This document shows positions 58,449 through 64,000 of a stretch of DNA of 64,000 nucleotides, piece after piece. The stretch's first letter is position 1; each line of letters opens with the position of its first letter. The stretch is from Thermoplasmatota archaeon (GTDB taxonomy: Archaea; Thermoplasmatota; Thermoplasmata; UBA10834), in NCBI GenBank assembly GCA_040751795.1, contig JBFMHR010000005.1, positions 96,001-160,000 of the forward strand, in the 5' to 3' direction. A model generated the notes under the pieces. It did not search any database. It was not told where the DNA came from and saw only the letters and a list, made by a program, of their open reading frames with translations. Position numbers and translations under genes: made by a program.

Positions 58449-59903
58449 CTAGCGGCGGCGCCCGATCAGCTTCTTCTCCGCCTCTTTCACGACCGCCGTG
58501 AGCTGCCTGTCCTGGTCCTTGTCCAGCGGGGTGACCTGGTGCTCCTTGATGAGCCTCTTCGCGACGTCGCCCGCGACGTCCTGGATGGGCCTGATGCCCT
58601 CGGCCTTCGCCTTGTCCGGGTTCCTCTTGTCGAAGAACGGCGAGATCCTGATCTCCTTGATGTTCCTCATCGTGTGCATCTGGGCGAGGTAGTTGCCCAT
58701 CGGGCCGACCTTGTCTATGATGTCCAGGGCGAGGTGCTCGTCGTCGACCTTCATCCCCTCGATGGCCTTGAACACGTTGCCGTAGATCTCGTTGTCGATG
58801 ATGAGCATCTCGTAGCTCGCGGCGTTGTCCCACGCGCCGCCTATTCCGGACAGGTTGTCCGCGCCCGCGGCGGCCGGGAGCAGCGCCCCGAGGACCCTCT
58901 CGATGCCCATCTGCATGTCGAACTGGTTGCCGTCCGTCGTCACGCCGTAGACGTCCGCGACCATGTGGTACTTGTGCGCTATCTGGACCGTCGCGGCCGA
59001 CACCAGCGCCATCTCGGGGACGCCCCAGATGTTCTTGCCGGTCCTGAGGTCCATCATGCTGAGCCTGCCGGAGTACATGTTCGGTATCTTCGGGTCGACG
59101 GTCTGCACCAGCATCACGCCGGAGAGCATCTCCGCGTTCTGCTGGGCGAGCCCCCCGGACAGCGTCACGGGGGCCGTCCCGCCGCAGATCGGGCACGGGA
59201 CTATGTCGACGGGCGCGCCGTACTCCGCGCCCCTGATCATGACCTCCGACGCGTGCTTGTCCCAGGTGAGCGGGCTGCTGGGCGAGCCGTAGACGTTGAA
59301 CAGGGGCCTCTTCCTGAGCGCCTCGACGCTTCCGGTGACGCAGGCCCACATCTTGGCCATCATGTCGACGGTCTCCTCGTCGAGGGCGTACCCGGACACG
59401 CACTTGGTCGTGTTCCTCATCATGGCCTCCATGGTCTTGACAGGGAGGACGTCGGCGGGCACGTCCGTCGCGACGACGAGGTTTGAGATTGTGTGGCAGA
59501 AGGGCAGCGCGTCCATGACCCTGGTGGCGTCCTGGACGTCCTTCAGCGTGGACATCCTGTGCTCACCGGTCTCGAGGTCCCTCATGAGCGGGTTGCCGCC
59601 GAGCGAGTGGGCGTAGACGGTCTCCCCGTCGAACGTGACGTCGTTCTTCGGGTCCCTGGCGTAGGACGTGGCGAAGCGCGGGATCTTCCTGATGGCGTCC
59701 TCGACCATGCTCCTCGGGAACGTGAGCACGTTCGCCCTTGTCGGGTGCTTGACCGCGCCGGCCTTGAGTAGTCTCTCCCTGGCCTTGTCGCTGTCGAACC
59801 TGACACCGGTCCTCTCGAGTATCTTGAGCGACGCCTCGTGTATGGCGTCGACCTGCCCGTCCGTCAGAACCTTGAGCTTGTAACCGCACTTGATGCCCTG
59901 CAT
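58449..59903 (-). CDS. MttB-superfamily methyltransferase, non-pyrrolysine
   Basis: IHEASLKILERTGV, SPLTW, GGTAPVTLSGGLAQQNAE, GVPE, AGAD and LIIDNE. No in-frame TAG. Confidence 0.9.
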   Translation of the reverse strand: MQGIKCGYKLKVLTDGQVDAIHEASLKILERTGVRFDSDKARERLLKAGAVKHPTRANVLTFPRSMVEDAIRKIPRFATSYARDPKNDVTFDGETVYAHSLGGNPLMRDLETGEHRMSTLKDVQDATRVMDALPFCHTISNLVVATDVPADVLPVKTMEAMMRNTTKCVSGYALDEETVDMMAKMWACVTGSVEALRKRPLFNVYGSPSSPLTWDKHASEVMIRGAEYGAPVDIVPCPICGGTAPVTLSGGLAQQNAEMLSGVMLVQTVDPKIPNMYSGRLSMMDLRTGKNIWGVPEMALVSAATVQIAHKYHMVADVYGVTTDGNQFDMQMGIERVLGALLPAAAGADNLSGIGGAWDNAASYEMLIIDNEIYGNVFKAIEGMKVDDEHLALDIIDKVGPMGNYLAQMHTMRNIKEIRISPFFDKRNPDKAKAEGIRPIQDVAGDVAKRLIKEHQVTPLDKDQDRQLTAVVKEAEKKLIGRRR

Positions 59904-60174
59904 GCTGTTCCCCTCACGATTGATCCGCATGGCACCGGCCCCAGAAGCGTCCGGCCGTGCGGGCCGGCTCAGGTCACCGGTGCTCTTCCTTGGCGCCTGT
60001 ATGCAGAACCCCTAAAAATACTTGATTCCGACGGACCGGCGCGACGAGCACGCTCCGGGGTGGCGGTCTGACTGCCTTTTCCGCACAGGCCAGATGAATA
60101 CTTTATTAACGCCCCTCGCGGATACGAACGGCCGTGGGGCAGGGCCCCCAGGGGCAGCTCAGTTGGCAGGCGCG

Positions 60175-61485
60175 ATGTTCAGGCTCGCTCACCGGGTCGT
60201 CTATCCTGGCTTCATGGACCACTACGCCCGGCTCATGAAGGGCCAGACCCGGCCCCGGGAGGAGCTCGTCGGGGACCAGGTGTCGTCGCTCAGGGCGATG
60301 CTCATGCACGCCTACGACAAGGTCCCCTACTACCACGGCCTTCTGAAGGGGAGGAACCTCAGGCCCGACGACTTCAAGGCCATCGAGGACCTCGAGAGGC
60401 TCCCGGTGCTGACCAAGGATGTCATCAAGGCCAACTGGGAGGCGCTCGTCCCGCTGGACATCGCCTCCGTGAGGTACGAGAGGAAGGCGACGGGCGGCTC
60501 AACGGGCACCCCGTTCCCGTACAGGATGAGCAGGCACGACAAGATGCTCAGCATGTGCCACCTCTACAGGGGCTGGTCCTACGCCGGCTACCAGCTGGGC
60601 GACCGTATGGTCTTCATGGGGGGCTCGTCGCTCACCATGGGCGCGGGCTCCGCCGCGACCAGGCGGGTGCACGAGGTCGTGAAGAACATCAGGATGCTCT
60701 CCTCGTTCGACATGGACGAGGCCCACATGCGCTCCTACGCCGACACCATCAACAGGTTCCGGCCCAGGTTCGTGTTCGGCTACGCGTCGTCGATATCCTT
60801 CTTCTCCAGGTGGCTCAAGGCGAACGGCGTACAGGTGAACCCGCCCGTCGCGGTGTTCGCCACCGCCGAGAAGCTCTTCCCCGAGGCGAGGAAGGGGATC
60901 GCGGAGGCGTTCCGCTGCGAGGTGCTCGACACCTACGGGCTCAACGACGGCGGCGTCTCCGCCTTCGAGTGCCTGGAGCACAGGGGCATGCACGTCGACA
61001 CCGAGCGGGCCATCATGGAGGTCGTCGACGCCGACGGGCGGCAGCTCGCGAAGGGCGAGGGGAGGATACTCGCGACGAGCCTCCACAACCAGGCGATGCC
61101 CTTCATCAGGTACGACACGGGCGACATAGGCCGCGTCACGGACGAGCTCTGCCCTTGCGGCAGGCAGCACCCGCTCCTCGAGGAGATCAAGGGGCGGGAG
61201 CAGGAGATGCTCATGACCCCGGAGGGCGCCGCGGTCCACGGGGAGTTCTTCACGCACATATTCTGGGAGGTTTCGGGCGTCAAGGAGTTCCAGGTGGTCC
61301 AGGACGCCAAGGACCACCTCACGGTGCGCGTGGTGCCGGAGAAGTCGTACGACCCGAAAGAGATGGACAAGGTCCGGGACTACATCCGCGCGAGGAGCCC
61401 CGGATGGAAGGTGGACTTCCAGAAGGTCGACGCGATCGACAGGACCAGGGGCGGCAAGTACAGGTTCGTGATCAGGGAGGTCTGA
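60175..61485 (+). CDS. Phenylacetate-CoA ligase-like / CapK-family protein
   Basis: VPYY, LPVLTK, TGGSTG.P, YG..D and MPFIRYDTGD...GR. Confidence 0.88.
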   Translation: MFRLAHRVVYPGFMDHYARLMKGQTRPREELVGDQVSSLRAMLMHAYDKVPYYHGLLKGRNLRPDDFKAIEDLERLPVLTKDVIKANWEALVPLDIASVRYERKATGGSTGTPFPYRMSRHDKMLSMCHLYRGWSYAGYQLGDRMVFMGGSSLTMGAGSAATRRVHEVVKNIRMLSSFDMDEAHMRSYADTINRFRPRFVFGYASSISFFSRWLKANGVQVNPPVAVFATAEKLFPEARKGIAEAFRCEVLDTYGLNDGGVSAFECLEHRGMHVDTERAIMEVVDADGRQLAKGEGRILATSLHNQAMPFIRYDTGDIGRVTDELCPCGRQHPLLEEIKGREQEMLMTPEGAAVHGEFFTHIFWEVSGVKEFQVVQDAKDHLTVRVVPEKSYDPKEMDKVRDYIRARSPGWKVDFQKVDAIDRTRGGKYRFVIREV

Positions 61486-61487
61486 AG

Positions 61488-62660
61488 CTGGCGAAGAGGA
61501 ACCTCCTGGTCGTCACCAACAGCTTCCCCGACAAGGAGGACAGGCACATCGGCGGCGTGTTCGTCAAGGACCAGCTGAGGGAGATGGGCTCCTTCTTCGA
61601 CGAGGTGTACGTGGTCTTCCCCTCCACCCTCGGGCTGGGGCACGAGCCCAGGGAGGAGTTCAGGGACTACACCTTCGGCAACGTGCGGGTGTTCTTCCTG
61701 GCCTACCTCAACGTCCCCCTGTTCCTGAAGGTGTTCAGGGGCGGGTTCTCATACATGATGGCCGGGGCGATAGACCGGCTGGTGAAGCGCGAGAGGCTGG
61801 AGTTCGACCTGATCCACGCGCACTTCACGTGGCCGTCCGGGGCGGCGGGGGCGCGGCTCAAGCGCAAGCATGGCGTCCCGCTGGTGGTCACCGAGCACAC
61901 ATCGCTGTCGCTGAGGGCCGCCATCGCCGCGAAGGACCCTCAGTACCTGGAGACATGGGCGGCCAGCGACGCGGTCGTGCGCAACCGCAGGGGGGACATC
62001 CAGGACCTGGTCTCCGCGGGCGTCCCCGAGGAGAAGGTCCGCTACATCCCCAACGGGTTCGACGCGGATAGGTTCAGGCCGGTCGACAGGGCGGCGAGCA
62101 GGGAGAGGCTCGGCATCCCACAGGACGGGAAGGTCCTGGTCAGCATAGGCGGGCTCGAGGACGTCAAGGGCCACAGGCACCTGGTCGACGCCATGGCCGA
62201 GGTCTCGAAGGCCCGCGGGGACGTCACGTGCTACATCATCGGCGAGGGGGAGCTGCACAGCGCCCTGAAGCGGCAGGCGGGGTCGCTGGGCCTGGCCGGG
62301 AAGGTCGTCCTCGCGGGGAGGAAGCCCCACGGCGAGCTCCCCTACTGGGTCAACGCCGCCGACCTGGTCGTCCACTCCAGCCTCTCCGAGAGCGGCCCGA
62401 TGGTCATGCTCGAGGCGCTGGGCTGCGGCAGGCCGTTCATAGGCACGGAGGTCGGCTCCGTCCCCGAGGTCATAACATCCGACGACTACGGCCTGGTTTG
62501 CAGGCCGGGCGACCCCGCGGCCCTCGCGCGGACAGTCCTCGCAGGGCTGGAGAAGCAGTGGGACTCCGCGAAGATCGTCGCCCACTCGAAGCAGTTCTCG
62601 TCCGAGTGGGTCTCCAAGGAGCTGGTCGCCCTGTACACCGAGCTGCTCGAGGGCGGCTAG
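61488..62660 (+). CDS. Glycosyltransferase family 4 (TuaC-like)
   Basis: LLVVTNSFP..GVFVKDQ, IHAHF.WPSG, IPNG and SESGPMVMLEALGCG. No ATG upstream of the N-terminal motif, so CTG start inferred. Confidence 0.88.
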   Translation: MAKRNLLVVTNSFPDKEDRHIGGVFVKDQLREMGSFFDEVYVVFPSTLGLGHEPREEFRDYTFGNVRVFFLAYLNVPLFLKVFRGGFSYMMAGAIDRLVKRERLEFDLIHAHFTWPSGAAGARLKRKHGVPLVVTEHTSLSLRAAIAAKDPQYLETWAASDAVVRNRRGDIQDLVSAGVPEEKVRYIPNGFDADRFRPVDRAASRERLGIPQDGKVLVSIGGLEDVKGHRHLVDAMAEVSKARGDVTCYIIGEGELHSALKRQAGSLGLAGKVVLAGRKPHGELPYWVNAADLVVHSSLSESGPMVMLEALGCGRPFIGTEVGSVPEVITSDDYGLVCRPGDPAALARTVLAGLEKQWDSAKIVAHSKQFSSEWVSKELVALYTELLEGG

Positions 62661-63739
62661 CCCAGCCTCTTCTCGACCAGCCTGGCTATCCTCTCCGAGG
62701 CCTTCCCGTTCCCGTAGAACCTCAGCGGGTCGACCTTCCTGGGCTCCTTCTTCAGGAGCCTCTTCACGGCGCCCCTGACCTTGACGGGGTCCATCCCGGC
62801 GACGATGTTCCAGCCCGCCTTCGTGGTCTCGACCCACTCGGTCACGCCCCTCAGCGTGACGGCGGGCGTGCCGAGCAGGAAGGCCTCCTTCTGGAGCCCC
62901 CCGCTGTCGGTCATGACCAGCTTCGCGTCGCTGGCGAGCCTCAGGCTCGTGAGGTAGCTCACCGGCTTCACGATGTGCAGCCCCCGCACCGACTCCATCT
63001 TCTTCAGGAGCTTGGCGGCCTCCAGGTTCCTCCTCGTGTGCGGGTGCATCGGGAAGACGACATCGAGCCCGTGCTCGTCGGGGAAGCGGGAGAGCATCTG
63101 GACGACGGTCCTGAGGCTCCTCGGGTCGTCGACGTTCTCCGCCCTGTGGACCGTGACATAGGCGTACCCCTTCCTCTCGAGGTCCATGCCCGTGTCGGTC
63201 CTCCGGATCCGGTCCCTGAGCATGACGATGTTGTCGGCCATGACGTCGCCCGTGAGGTGCACGATGTCCTCGTCCACGTCCTCCCTCAGGAGGTTGTCCC
63301 TGCCGGCCTCGGTCGGCGCGAAGAGCATCCTGGACATGTGGTCCACGAGCACCCGGTTGATCTCCTCGGGCATGTAGGGCAGGCGGCTCCTGAGGCCCGC
63401 CTCGACGTGGCCGACCTCCACGCCCATCTTGACCGCGGCCAGGGCCCCTGCGAGCGCACTGTTGGTGTCCCCGGGCACGATGACCAGCCTCGAGCCCCTG
63501 AGGGCCTCCTCCAGCCTGATGAGCATCGTGCCGGTCATCCCCGCGTGGGTGCCGCTCCCGACGCCCAGGTGCTTCTCCGGCCTGGGCAGCCGCAGCTCGT
63601 CGAAGAACACCTGGTCCATCTCGAAGTCGTAGTGTTGGCCGGTGTGGATGATCGAGAAATCGATGCGTTTCGAGCGGAACGCCTTGACGAGGGAAGCGAG
63701 CTTGATGACCTGCGGCCTCGTCCCGACGACTATCCTCAC
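62657..63739 (-). CDS. wecB: UDP-N-acetylglucosamine 2-epimerase (non-hydrolysing)
   Basis: VGTRPQ.IK, HTGQHYD, GDTNS, HVEAGLRS, PEEINR and TDSGGLQKEA. Confidence 0.95.
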   Translation of the reverse strand: MRIVVGTRPQVIKLASLVKAFRSKRIDFSIIHTGQHYDFEMDQVFFDELRLPRPEKHLGVGSGTHAGMTGTMLIRLEEALRGSRLVIVPGDTNSALAGALAAVKMGVEVGHVEAGLRSRLPYMPEEINRVLVDHMSRMLFAPTEAGRDNLLREDVDEDIVHLTGDVMADNIVMLRDRIRRTDTGMDLERKGYAYVTVHRAENVDDPRSLRTVVQMLSRFPDEHGLDVVFPMHPHTRRNLEAAKLLKKMESVRGLHIVKPVSYLTSLRLASDAKLVMTDSGGLQKEAFLLGTPAVTLRGVTEWVETTKAGWNIVAGMDPVKVRGAVKRLLKKEPRKVDPLRFYGNGKASERIARLVEKRLG

Positions 63740-63761
63740 TTCAGCCAGCGCGCTCCCCCCG

Positions 63762-64000
63762 TCAGGCGCGCGCCTTGGCGGCCTTCCCCTTCTTCAGGTG
63801 CTCCATGACGACGATCCGGGCGGCCTCGCGGATGGCCTCCTCGCTCGTGTGGCCCGCCCTCCACCCCAGCTCCGCCATCTTGGAGGTCGCAAGGAGGAAC
63901 CTGGGGACGTCGCCCTTCCAGCCGCCCTCGCCGCCTGTGTACCTGACCTTCACGCCCTTCAGCTTGGTCTCCTCGACGAGTATCTCGACGATCCTCTTGA
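63762..64000 (-). CDS. NAD-dependent epimerase/dehydratase, C-terminal part
   Basis: YTGG..GWKGDVP...L...K...LGW....SEEAIR. 5' part outside the window. Confidence 0.75.
   Translation of the reverse strand, partial: KRIVEILVEETKLKGVKVRYTGGEGGWKGDVPRFLLATSKMAELGWRAGHTSEEAIREAARIVVMEHLKKGKAAKARA

Noticed and set aside
60555-61487. N-terminal extension of the 701-aa GT4 ORF, suggesting a fusion or frameshift
   Set aside because: It is an off-frame read of the CapK-like gene, which has its own stop. An SD precedes the GT4 domain.

Overview
Archaeal chromosome segment, probably a high-GC Thermoplasmatota. The assignment is inferred from DUF835, archaeosortase, AglH/GPT, DUF1616, Lrp and TATA-like promoters. 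All gene calls come from motifs read by eye, with no database search. Two GC-rich backbone arms (about 1-9.7 kb and 43-64 kb) flank a visibly lower-GC surface-glycan island (about 9.8-41.5 kb). The island opens with an archaeosortase/exosortase. It carries GT4/GT2 glycosyltransferases, a radical SAM enzyme, an FdtA/FdtB aminosugar module with flippase, an FrhB-like/pyruvyltransferase pair, AglH, two GT-C-like membrane proteins, hddA-gmhA-gmhB heptose genes and three decayed IS elements, and rml genes follow it. The backbone encodes UppP, ProC, ArsM, a non-pyrrolysine MttB, CapK-like/GT4/WecB genes and many single-pass membrane proteins. Among these are two tandem orphan family-5 solute-binding proteins with different C-terminal modules, a subtilase with a ligand-less cupredoxin tail and a DUF835 receptor-like protein. 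These are the best candidates for an undescribed surface-sensing/display system. No rRNA, tRNA or CRISPR array was seen.
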